Positions 28,625 through 37,999 of a stretch of DNA of 64,000 nucleotides are shown here, one piece after another. This DNA is from an uncultured Verrucomicrobiae bacterium. Lineage in GTDB: Bacteria > Verrucomicrobiota > Verrucomicrobiia > Chthoniobacterales > JAFAMB01. The stretch lies in contig CAVXLD010000005.1 of NCBI GenBank assembly GCA_963762565.1, positions 256,001 through 320,000 on the forward strand. Direction: 5' to 3'. Below the pieces are notes generated by a model. The model did no database searches. It was not told where the DNA came from and saw nothing but the letters and a program-made list of their open reading frames with translations. The stretch's first letter is position 1. Each line of letters starts with the position of its first letter. The position numbers were made by a program, and so were the translations under genes.

Positions 28625-29759
28625 CCATCGACTCAGCCCATCCCGCTCAAACTCGCTCTCCCTGAGTGCAGATGGAACCCGGCATTTTCCCTTCAAAAGT
28701 CCGCAGCGCACTCGCTTAAGATGATGTTCCGTCCGTCGCGTCCTTTGTGTCCTCTGCGCGAGGCTCGTTCTGGCTTCGCTGAGGGCGGCCTGTCGAGCGG
28801 CAATGATCTAGCGGGCTAGGTCAGGGGAATATTTCCACCGGCCCACTGGTAGTAACTCATAGCGGACCGTATTTACCCCGCGTTTTTAGATTATAGTTTT
28901 TATGTCGGACGACCTCGTAAGCAACAACGATCGAAATCTCTTCCACCAGGCCCCTGGTAGATGTCGCTTTGCCGCAAGTTGTATCCAACGCTGCAAGTTC
29001 CGGACTGGCGCTAAAACTAAGGATCTACCGCCGGAGAAATCTGAATTGGCGAGCGCCGAACCGATGGAAGGAAAGTCGTTTTTATGGCAGCGCTCTGTTG
29101 GCTAGCCAACGCAGCCGTCTGGCTCGTTACGGGCCTGATTTGGTTCAAGGTATTCCAGGCGCTCCTGCGACGCGGCTAATCCGTCGCTTATCCGAGAGGC
29201 ATTTCGCTCATGCAGTCATTTCTAATATTCACAGCTGAGTTTCAGGCGGCGAAGAGACGATTGCTCAACAACCTCGAAGCGTCCGACGATGGCAGGTTGT
29301 CTGTCGAAAGTGACGGAGACGCTCGGGAAGGCGGCGCGCGAAAACCAGCAAATTTTCCGAAAATACACCGATGTATGAAAGTACAGAAACTACTTCGCAC
29401 GGAGTGCTACCGGACATGCTCCGTTCCAAGCAAAACTGAATCAGTTAGTTCGAATATACCTTGTGTCCAACGCCGTTCATTTTTGAGCCGTCTCGGACGT
29501 ATCCGGGATTGGCGCTCGGCCGGCAACGGCCAGAAGAGGTCTTGATCTGTCAATCGATATTGCCAAGGGTGATCTTGGCCCAGTTATTCAGCTTCCAAAA
29601 GTGTGAGGGATGACCTTCTCGGCAAGGGCTGGCGCTATGAGCAGGACGGCAGTTCCTCAACACCGCTTACAAATTCACGCTCATCGGGCGGTACTATCTT
29701 CTGAGCTGCAGCCCAACAATGTTGTTTATTAAAGACGTGACGCTACTCAGTGCCGACGC

Positions 29760-30027
29760 TTTGCCGCGAAGCGGCTACACAGAATAGCCCAGGGCTTCAG
29801 CCCTGGGTTAGTCGCGTTATAAGGCGCGCCCTGAAAGTGGCGTCCGAAATAGGATCGGCAGGTATAGCATGTAGCACAGTCGAGCACCGAGGTTCGCGCG
29901 ACCGATTCAATCAACACGCCAAACCTTGAACACATTTCCGTCGGTCGCCACTTTCAGGGCGCTTTTCCCGACGCCAGCACCCAGGGCTGAAGCCCTGGGC
30001 TATTCTGTATAGCCGCTTCGCGGCAAA
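29760..30027. repeat. Long inverted repeat with CCCAGGGCTTCAGCCCTGGG and GCCCTGAAAGTGGCG arms
   Basis: Near-perfect terminal arms of about 48 nt plus an inner arm pair. Confidence 0.9.
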
Positions 30028-30112
30028 TTCCCTCTTCTGTCTTTGTGATCTTTCCGTATTGTGCAAATCGAATTGGGGCAACAGCCCGTTAAGACTTGAC
30101 CCCTGTGTTAAG

Positions 30113-30225
30113 TCTCTTTTCTTCGAAACGGACGCTTCGATCGCGTGTGTCAGGGTATCTATCCCTACCTGCGCTGTCAGTGCAGCGGGCATAGTTAATG
30201 TGAGTTCATAGTCAACTATGGAAGT
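30113..30225 (-). pseudogene. Internal fragment of an iron-containing alcohol dehydrogenase
   Basis: IVDYELTLTMPAALTAQVGIDTLTHAIEASVSK matches the Fe-ADH GxDxLTHAIE motif. Confidence 0.75.
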
Positions 30226-30363
30226 CGCTGCACGATATCAGTACGTCATTCTACGTATTGCCTGACCGCGTGGTCTCCATATGTTGGGGAATTTACGGAG
30301 CAATAGATCACGCCGGCTCCGATATTCTAACACAGATAGGTAGTTCGCCATTAATTTTAAGTC

Positions 30364-33300
30364 ATGAAAACCACCAAAAAAGCGAAAAAAACAAACAGGG
30401 CCACAGAGCACCCGCCGCCCGGGGGGACGGTGCATCATGTTTCGTCCATACTCAAAACAGGTGGAGATGTCATTTTTCCCTCAGGAGACACGAATTACCC
30501 GGTAACCGGCACCACCGATGGAGGAGACCCACTCCTGACCAATGTGGAAGTGACAATTATTTTCTGGGGCGATTATTGGAACCAGACCTCTCCGGCGCCG
30601 AGCGTGTCTGTCGCTGAGTACTACAGCGCGTGTTCCGGCGTTGTGACCGGCCCCTATATGACACGGCTGAATCAATACCGGGGTGTCGGCCCGGGCACGA
30701 TGTTGGGCCAGTTTATTGTGCCTTCCGCACCAAACGCGAGCAATGTTACCGCCCCATATGCTGGATACACCAATGCGGATGTCGTGAACATGCTGAACAC
30801 CTTTTTCCAAAATAATTCGGCAGTAGCCCCGGCAAACGGCCATAACCGGTTTTACGCGGTTTTTTCCCCGCCGGGACTCAACAACTCGAGTAGTTTTGGC
30901 GGCCAGCACCAAACCTTGAGCTACAATAATATTGGATGCGTCTATGCGTGGGTGGATAGCAACGATAGTCTTTCGGACACCTTGGTGTTCGGACACGAAT
31001 TAGTGGAAGCCTGCACGAATCCGCTTTTGGGCGGTTCATCCAGCGGGAACGGGATAAAAGTTCCCGGCCAGGGCGCCTCGGACGGGGAGGACGAGATAGG
31101 TGATGTGTGCGAGGTGGCCTCGTCCACAGTGTGGATAAACCAGCTTCAATGCTCCCTGCAGGGTTATTGGAGCAAAGCCGACAACGCCTGCGTGCTGCCG
31201 CTGGGTACGGTTACGCTCTTGATGAACAAAAACTCCTTTGGAGAGGATGAAGTCAAGGAGGCGATAAAGAACGCGGGCACGGGTGCGACGCAGGCGGTGT
31301 TTTCCAGCGCCTTCTGGGTGGCGCTGGATGAGTACAGCCAGAATACTTTCGGCTCGTTTGCCATCACGGTGCCGACGCCGACTTTTACCGATCTCAACAG
31401 CAATCCAGTGACCCCGACGGGGTTCAGCATACAACTGACTCCCGCAACCGCTGCGGCGCCCAATCCCGTGCTGGAGGCGCCAGGCGACAACACCAGCATA
31501 CAGCGGATGAGGTGGTCTTATGACGTGGTCTTTGATATTCCGCTGCAAGGGACCTTCCCGTCGAGTTACTTGTTAAATGCCACTTTTCTCATGAATGGCA
31601 ATCAACCGCCGGGAGGCACAGCGGGCCATTCGCAGGATGTCGCGAATTTTGATTTGCTCCCCGGTGCCGATCCCTATTTTTCCAACATCGACATTGAGGA
31701 CAGTAGCGCGGTTTCCTACTTGAGCCAGGATTTGCGGGTGTGCGTGGCCAGCGCCGGAAACTCACTGCTGCCCAACGACGCCAATGCCCCGGTCTTTTCG
31801 GCCGGTGAATCGCCTTACACCTATATCCAGACGCTGCTGGCTTATTTGAACGGCTCCACTGAGTACACGGTTCCCGTGCCGCCGACATCGCCCGATCCGC
31901 TGAACGGATTGACCAACCAGTCAGGATATGAGACGGGGCTGACGTCGGTGACGGCGCTGGATAGCAACGGAGATCAGAATTATAATTTCGCCATCGCCAG
32001 GGTGCGGATGACGAGTGATAATCAGGGCAGCGCAGGAGAGGCATTGAACACGCGGGTGTTTTTCCGGTTATGGATCGCGCCATCGTTTGACACGGATTAC
32101 AATCCGAACACCACCTATCCAAGCAATCTGGGGACCGATCCCTCGAGCCCCGATTACAGCTTGCCTATTTTTCCGCTCGCCTCCGGCAGTTTGACCGATC
32201 CTTCCGGGCAAAATCTCCAAACGACGCCGTTTTTTGCCACGAGCGGGGGCGTGAGCGATTACGATCCGAGCTTTAACACGGCGACGCAAAACAACAATGT
32301 TCAGACAATCGAGATTCCAACGCCGCAATCAGGACAACCAACGCAGGACAGTGTTTGGACCTACTATGGCTGTTTTCTTGATGTTTATGACCTGAACAAT
32401 AATTCGCAATATCCGGGCACGCATCATTGCATCGTGGCGCAAATCGCCTACGACGGCGCCCCCATTCCGTATTCGACGAGCACGACCACGACGACGGGCA
32501 ATTGCGATAAGCTGGCGCAACGGAACCTGCAAATCACCAAGTCGGGAAATCCGGGGCCGGCGGCGACGCATCGTGTGCCGCAGGCGTTTGACACAAGGCC
32601 GAGCCTGCCTTTCACCAACGGGGCGGGAAGTTGGACCGGTACGCCGGATGAAATCATGATCGACTGGGGCAACACTCCGCCCGGAAGCACGGCTTATATT
32701 TACTGGCCGCAGGTGCTAGCGTCGGATGTCATCGATCTGGCGTCGCAATTGTATGTGACGCATTTTCTTTCCACGGCCCACGCCAACACGATTAAGTGCA
32801 AAACGGTGAAGGGGGCGACTTATATCCCGGTGCCGTCGGTGGCCAACCAAAACTTTGCGGGGCTCTTTACGGTCGACTTGCCGATTGGCGTGAGGGCAGG
32901 GGAGGCATTTACGATCGTCGTCAGGCGGCTTACGACCAAAACCTTCAGGACTCCGCTGACGAAGGTGCGTAGCGTCGCCGGCAGCGCCACCGCAGCGGTA
33001 AGGCCTATGCGAGTGGTGACGGGCGCGTTTCTAGTGACGATCCCGGTCAGCAACGAGTCGGCGATGCTTCCCGCGGACGAAAACACCCTTGCGGTGATGA
33101 AGTGGCGGTTGCAACAGATGTCGCCAGTCTACCGATGGTATCCGGTGGTGCAAAGGTACATTGAGTATTTGTCGGCCAAGATCAACGCTTCAGGAGGCAA
33201 TGCGGGGTCGATCGCGCCGTCGCCGATTGGCACGCCGATCTCGGGCACAAAACCGCCGCGGCCTGGCAAATGCAAGGAATGCACGGGCAAGGTGGCCGAG

Positions 33301-33492
33301 GTGGTGTATGATTGTTTCGGGGATTTTGGAGGCTTCGTTCTGGCTGGTTGTTGCTCGCACCCGTGTGTGTTCAAATCGCACGAGAGGGCCATTGGGGAAC
33401 TGGTCCTGAGGGCTTGCAGCCAGCGGTGGACCATCGCAGTGTGTTTTGACGGCCTGGATAAAGAGATTCGTGAGATACGGGTGATTTCGTGA
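30364..33492 (+). CDS. Large hypothetical protein (1042 aa) with an N-terminal HExxE-type putative metallo-domain
   Basis: Long open ORF; VTIIFWG, GHELVEACTNP and EIGDVC motifs; Cys-rich C-terminal module. Confidence 0.8.
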   Translation: MKTTKKAKKTNRATEHPPPGGTVHHVSSILKTGGDVIFPSGDTNYPVTGTTDGGDPLLTNVEVTIIFWGDYWNQTSPAPSVSVAEYYSACSGVVTGPYMTRLNQYRGVGPGTMLGQFIVPSAPNASNVTAPYAGYTNADVVNMLNTFFQNNSAVAPANGHNRFYAVFSPPGLNNSSSFGGQHQTLSYNNIGCVYAWVDSNDSLSDTLVFGHELVEACTNPLLGGSSSGNGIKVPGQGASDGEDEIGDVCEVASSTVWINQLQCSLQGYWSKADNACVLPLGTVTLLMNKNSFGEDEVKEAIKNAGTGATQAVFSSAFWVALDEYSQNTFGSFAITVPTPTFTDLNSNPVTPTGFSIQLTPATAAAPNPVLEAPGDNTSIQRMRWSYDVVFDIPLQGTFPSSYLLNATFLMNGNQPPGGTAGHSQDVANFDLLPGADPYFSNIDIEDSSAVSYLSQDLRVCVASAGNSLLPNDANAPVFSAGESPYTYIQTLLAYLNGSTEYTVPVPPTSPDPLNGLTNQSGYETGLTSVTALDSNGDQNYNFAIARVRMTSDNQGSAGEALNTRVFFRLWIAPSFDTDYNPNTTYPSNLGTDPSSPDYSLPIFPLASGSLTDPSGQNLQTTPFFATSGGVSDYDPSFNTATQNNNVQTIEIPTPQSGQPTQDSVWTYYGCFLDVYDLNNNSQYPGTHHCIVAQIAYDGAPIPYSTSTTTTTGNCDKLAQRNLQITKSGNPGPAATHRVPQAFDTRPSLPFTNGAGSWTGTPDEIMIDWGNTPPGSTAYIYWPQVLASDVIDLASQLYVTHFLSTAHANTIKCKTVKGATYIPVPSVANQNFAGLFTVDLPIGVRAGEAFTIVVRRLTTKTFRTPLTKVRSVAGSATAAVRPMRVVTGAFLVTIPVSNESAMLPADENTLAVMKWRLQQMSPVYRWYPVVQRYIEYLSAKINASGGNAGSIAPSPIGTPISGTKPPRPGKCKECTGKVAEVVYDCFGDFGGFVLAGCCSHPCVFKSHERAIGELVLRACSQRWTIAVCFDGLDKEIREIRVIS

Positions 33493-33618
33493 CTGGGCCG
33501 TGGCAACCCGTCTCGTCCCGCGACTGCGCATAGCGTCGACATAAATGGGCGAAGTCTCGAAGGAGCACCCATTTGATCGGAGCGCGGGAGGTGTCTTGCG
33601 CCAAGGGTCCTTAGCGGT

Positions 33619-33709
33619 GGGGTCGAGTCTTAACAAGCTGAAACGTCAGAGCGACTCGCGAATTAAAGGATGGATCAAGATTGTCAAGGTTGTTGACTGA
33701 GCCCTTTTT
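33619..33709 (+). mobile_element. Miniature deletion derivative of the RAYT element
   Basis: A GGGGTC-type left end followed by a close copy of 35633-35698. Confidence 0.7.
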
Positions 33710-33745
33710 CCCTCGCCCGTCTTGCTGCAGAGAAGTTTGCTCCGC

Positions 33746-34036
33746 TCACTTGCCCTGGAGCAGAAGTTTGAACGGAGCCAGAGTCGTTACCGGCATCAGC
33801 TCGTACGTCATTAGCTTCGCTGCCACTAGTGGCAGCGTATCCAATTCTGCCTTTGCCTCCTCGACCGATTCGACACTCATGAGAAATATCGGCCCGGCTT
33901 TCTCTCGAAACCAGAACTGCTCGATCTTTCCGTCGAGGTAGTGCTTCAGCGTAGCGGGCACCTCTTTTGGCAAAAGTTGCTGTATCTGCTCAATCGTGAC
34001 GCCCTGAGGAATCGATGCAATAGCGAAAACTTTCAT
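33746..34036 (-). CDS. Small muconolactone-isomerase-like (dimeric alpha/beta barrel) protein
   Basis: YLDGKIEQFWF...SVEEAKAELDTLPLV pattern. Confidence 0.65.
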   Translation of the reverse strand: MKVFAIASIPQGVTIEQIQQLLPKEVPATLKHYLDGKIEQFWFREKAGPIFLMSVESVEEAKAELDTLPLVAAKLMTYELMPVTTLAPFKLLLQGK

Positions 34037-34243
34037 TGAATTTCCTTGTCTTTTATTTCTCGCGGTCGTTCCGATTTACCTAGCCCCACGATTGGGCGGC
34101 AGCAAACAGATAAGACGAACCTGAAGCAGATCATCAATATCGTCCGCATCTTGAGCCGCAAGGACATCACGACTCTTCACGAGCAACTGGAACTCGGCAT
34201 TTATGTTCTCTCGAACACATTTCTCATTCATGCCACATCGGGG

Positions 34244-34377
34244 GGTCCGGCAGAGGGGTCGCGTCTAAAATATTCAACACAATGAAAAATGATGTGTTGA
34301 ACATTTAGATGCGCCCCCTTTTGGCGCGCCTTAGGGCTGGTTCGAGGTAGATTTAGAATGATTTCCTCTCCCTGCTG
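34244..34377. repeat. GGGGTC-family palindrome (34254-34319) with conserved flanks
   Basis: Second copy at 37937-39737, interrupted by the IS1182. Confidence 0.85.
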
Positions 34378-34401
34378 GGGTTTTGTGTTCAGAAAGCCAA
34401 A

Positions 34402-34683
34402 ATGAGCATTGTCGGCCAGACCTATTACGAAAAAGGCGAGCCCGTTGTGATCCGAGCGCAGTGGAAACTGACCGCGATTGTCAACGGTCGCAAAGCAGGT
34501 GGGCCTCGAAACGTGCTTATCGAGCGAAAGGACGGTAGCCAGGTTGTCAGACCGTTCCGGGGATTGAGGAAATGCAAACCCAGTCGCACAGTCGCAAAAG
34601 GGGTCACAAACAGTCGCAAACAAACAGTCGCAAAAAGGGGTCAGTCAACAAATCTTGACAAATCGTATCATCGGACGAACTGA
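34402..34683 (+). CDS. Small hypothetical protein; 3' end overwritten by the RAYT left end
   Basis: Protein-like up to PRNVLIERKDGSQVVRPFRGLRK, then repeat-derived. Confidence 0.5.
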   Translation: MSIVGQTYYEKGEPVVIRAQWKLTAIVNGRKAGGPRNVLIERKDGSQVVRPFRGLRKCKPSRTVAKGVTNSRKQTVAKRGQSTNLDKSYHRTN

Positions 34684-35698
34684 GGGGGTAATGCCGAGAC
34701 AGGTTAGAGTTGAGTATCCTGGAGCCTTTTATCATGTGATGGTAGTGGTTACTCATCAGCACCCAGGCATGGATCCGCCATCCGGTCTTCGCGCAGACCT
34801 AGCCCAAACTTCGCAGGATCTGCTCATTGGCTGGTGGAAACGCCGCAACCCAATTTGGTCGCTGGGATGCGCTGGGTACAAAACGCCTACACCCGGCGGC
34901 TAAATCATCGGCATAAGCTCTGGGGTCATGTCTTTGGCGGCCGCTATAAAGCGGTTCTGGTCGAGAACGACCTGGATTCAGACTACTTTGGAAACCTTTG
35001 GGATTATATCCATCTCAACCCAGTTCGAGCCAGGTTGGTCGATCCGAAGGAAGGGGTAGGTTTATTGGACTATCCCTGGAGCAGCCTTACCCAGGTGTAT
35101 TCCGCCGGGCCCAAGCGCCGGCCAGCATGGTGCGCGACTGAGCGCTCTTTTGCCGCCTTCGGCCTCAAAGACACCATCAGTGGGCGAAAAGCATTAGTTG
35201 AGCGTTTGGAGCAACGCGCCATCGCTGAGGAGGCAGAAAAGTGTGGTTTGATAGTGCGAGATGGTCAGTCGCTGAATAGTACGCTGCGTCGCGGCTGGTA
35301 TTGGGGCGGTGAAGCGTTTAGGCAAAAGCTGTTGGATTTGGCGGCAGAACCATTGAGCAGGCTACATAATCGCAACCGGCGTACCACTCGTCAATGGCGC
35401 GATCACGCCCAAGTTAGCGCCAGCGACTTAATTCGGCAGGGACTCGAGGCGCTTGAGCTGAGCGAGGACCAACTTAAAGCCAGTAAAGGCAGCGAAACCC
35501 GGAAGGTGAGTCTCGCATGGGCGATAGCCCGTTCGACCACGATGAGTCAAAGCTGGATTGCCGATCGCCTTAACATGCGCAGTGCGACAAATGTCAGTCA
35601 ACAGGTGCGGCGATTCGAAAGAGAGCTGAAAGGTCAGAGCGACTCGCGAATTAAAGGATGGGTCAAGTTTGTCAAGAATTGTTGACTGACCCCTTTTT
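34632..35698 (+). mobile_element. Y1/HUH (RAYT-type) transposase element with 31-bp terminal inverted repeats
   Basis: aaaaaggggtcagtcaacaaatcttgacaaa versus the reverse complement of 35668-35698, 30/31 identical. Confidence 0.85.
34691..35685 (+). pseudogene. REP-associated tyrosine transposase, inactivated
   Basis: MPRQVRVEYPGAFYHVM start, GHVFGGRYKA and catalytic DYIHLNPVRA. The HUH segment is inverted, with a deletion and a stop codon. Confidence 0.9.
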
Positions 35699-35713
35699 CC
35701 TCTCTCTCATCTT

Positions 35714-36487
35714 GATACAAGACAGTATCTTGCCCCAGGCGCTGTAATAGCGTCGCTACCGAAGACGATCAATCTCAGGGGTCAAATGCCGGATGTTTAC
35801 GATCAACAAAATGTCGGCAGTTGCACGTCAAACGCGCTTGCGGGCATGGTTCAATTTGTTCGCAAAAAGCACAACCAACCCCCTGATTTCAAGCCGTCAC
35901 GGCTTTTTCTTTACTTTAATGGTCGGACCATCGCTGGAGACAGTGCGCGGATCGACAGTGGACTACAGCCCGTAGATGCTATGCAGGCGCTAAAGAAATT
36001 CGGGGTTTGCGCGGAAACCGAGTGGCCATACGACGGCCGGGCAGCGGATCCCGACACACATTTGTTCCCTGCAAATGATCCAGCGGCGACCAAACCCGGC
36101 ACCAACATTTATACAGACGCCTATCCACATCGTTCTATTTACGCACTCAGTCTAAATCAAGATATTAATCAGCTAAAGGGATGCCTGGCAGAGGGTTATC
36201 CGTTCATGTTCGGTTTTGTGATTTACCGAAGCTTTTGGGGTCCAGATCCCAAAGCCGAACCTCTCGTGCGAATACCTATACCGCAGCCCCCACATGATGC
36301 TATCGAGGGGGGACATACCGTTTTGGCTGTCGGATATAACGATGACGATGGGTATTTTTACTGTCGCAATTCCTGGGGAACGTCCCATCAGGAACAGGGC
36401 TACTTCTATATGCCGTATCAGTACTTGACCAACTCTAACCTCTGCTCAGATTTCTGGACTCTCAGGACTGAGTTTTCGTTCGAATGA
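35714..36487 (+). CDS. C1 (papain-family) cysteine peptidase, 5'-truncated
   Basis: DQQNVGSCTSNA, GGHTVLAVGY and RNSWG. The frame is open upstream of ATG 35786 (LPKTINLR) up to the RAYT end. Confidence 0.9.
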   Translation, partial: DTRQYLAPGAVIASLPKTINLRGQMPDVYDQQNVGSCTSNALAGMVQFVRKKHNQPPDFKPSRLFLYFNGRTIAGDSARIDSGLQPVDAMQALKKFGVCAETEWPYDGRAADPDTHLFPANDPAATKPGTNIYTDAYPHRSIYALSLNQDINQLKGCLAEGYPFMFGFVIYRSFWGPDPKAEPLVRIPIPQPPHDAIEGGHTVLAVGYNDDDGYFYCRNSWGTSHQEQGYFYMPYQYLTNSNLCSDFWTLRTEFSFE

Positions 36488-37049
36488 ATGTTCACGCAAG
36501 ACGAGAGTCGTCACACGATGCGCGCGATCGCGAAAGTTTGGTGGCTTACCCCTTTTAAAATTTACAAAACCTCGCTTTTCCACACTAGCGAAAAATTCGA
36601 GGCCTCTATCTCACTCTAGCTGTCAATTCTGTCGTCAGCGCGTCCACGCCTTTAAATCGCGGGCCGGCATGTTTGCCGGTCGCTCGGTCGATTCGCCCTT
36701 TACTAGCAGTTTGGTAGTCTCAGCTTTTGCCGCAAAACTCGTCAATCCTTTGCTGATCGGACCCAAGATGCGCGTTGCGGAACTGGCAGATGCTGACGTC
36801 AGACGCGTCAGCGTGGGCCGCTTTTGATCGAGTCGTTCATTTGCTGGTCGATGAGGGAACGTTACCCAAACGGGATATCGTGCGGACGAAGAGGTCCGGG
36901 GACTGAAGACTGTGGCCGGCCGGAATCGGTACAATCGCCGTTTTTGCGGTTCTGATTTATCAGCGAATGAGCCTCTCGATGTGCACCTAGACCAAGATCC
37001 GTTGCCGGTGACGATTGAGCGTTAAAGATCACAGGAGCAACCAGGCCAA

Positions 37050-37499
37050 AATGTCCGGACGAAAAGCTGCGCGCCAACCTTCTTTAACCAAATTAAAGAC
37101 CAGGAGCCGCCCCTGGGAGTGGCATATACAGGAAACGTTCAAGGGTCTGATTGCCCTCTCGATTGAGGCGCTCAAGGCGCTGTTGCTTATCAATGGCGGC
37201 GCTGCTGTGGCAATCCTTGCTTATCTTGGCAGCTTAGCCTCCCACAGCCCGAGCGTGCATCTGCCCAGCGTGAAATCGGCGCTGATGTGCTTTGCTGGAG
37301 GGGTTCTTGCAGCTGCGGTCGCGTTCATCGTCGCATATTTTACGCAGCTACGACTTTATAATGAAGAGCGAGCGCGGCACAGAAAACAACGGTTTCTTAC
37401 GCTGCATCCCATTTGGCTTGCGATAGGCACTTTGTGGTGATCGTGGCCGCATCTGCTTTTGCCGCCGGATGCTGGAATGCATCAGCGGCCTTTCAGTGA
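37050..37499 (+). CDS. Hypothetical membrane protein (frameshift near 37433)
   Basis: ALKALLLINGGAAVAILAYLG; three hydrophobic segments, the last continuing in another frame. Confidence 0.6.
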
Positions 37500-37621
37500 A
37501 ATCCGACTCTTGAAGGGTTTTTGTGCTACTCTGTTCCATTATCCGCTCTATCCTCCGGCATAACCCGAAGGTCATTGAGTTTGTCCAATCGTTCGCGCAA
37601 CAGGTCCGGGTTGAGGCCGCC

Positions 37622-37938
37622 TCAAGCGGTGGTGACTGTTTGTGTGTCGGCTTGGCCTTCGGTCGGCGGCTCCTCCGATGCTGGAGTGACCTTAGGTTGG
37701 TCTGGGTCAACGGGAACATTTTCAAGCAATTCTCGTAAATTCGGCAAGCCGGAGCCCTGCACTTCATCAACAAGGCCTAACCAATAGGCTTCCTCGGCGC
37801 TGAGCGAAAAGTCATCGCTCTGGAGAATTCGGCAAAGCGACACCATCAAATGAAATTCTTCCCGCGATTTATCATCGCTGAGTAGCTCAAACTCACTTCT
37901 TATGGAGTCTGCTAAAAACAGTTGTCCGTATTGGGAGG
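37622..37938 (-). pseudogene. C-terminal fragment of a ClpP/crotonase-like peptidase
   Basis: DDFSLSAEEAYWLGLVDEV motif; the frame stays open until the repeat at 37937. Confidence 0.55.
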
Positions 37939-37999
37939 TCCGGCAGAGGGGTCGCGTCTAAATATTCAACACAATTAAAAATGATGTGTTGAGTATTTA

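Noticed and set aside
28902..29545. Small ORFs, including a hydrophobic tail ending near 29179
   Set aside because: Possibly a decayed small membrane gene, but there is no recognisable family and the frames are inconsistent.
34739..34827. Recombinase-driven phase-variable switch
   Set aside because: The boundaries are only 3-nt inverted repeats, and the flipped gene still has a deletion and a stop codon.
36490..37010. Possible integrase or att remnant
   Set aside because: No recombinase motifs and no tRNA 3' duplication found by eye.
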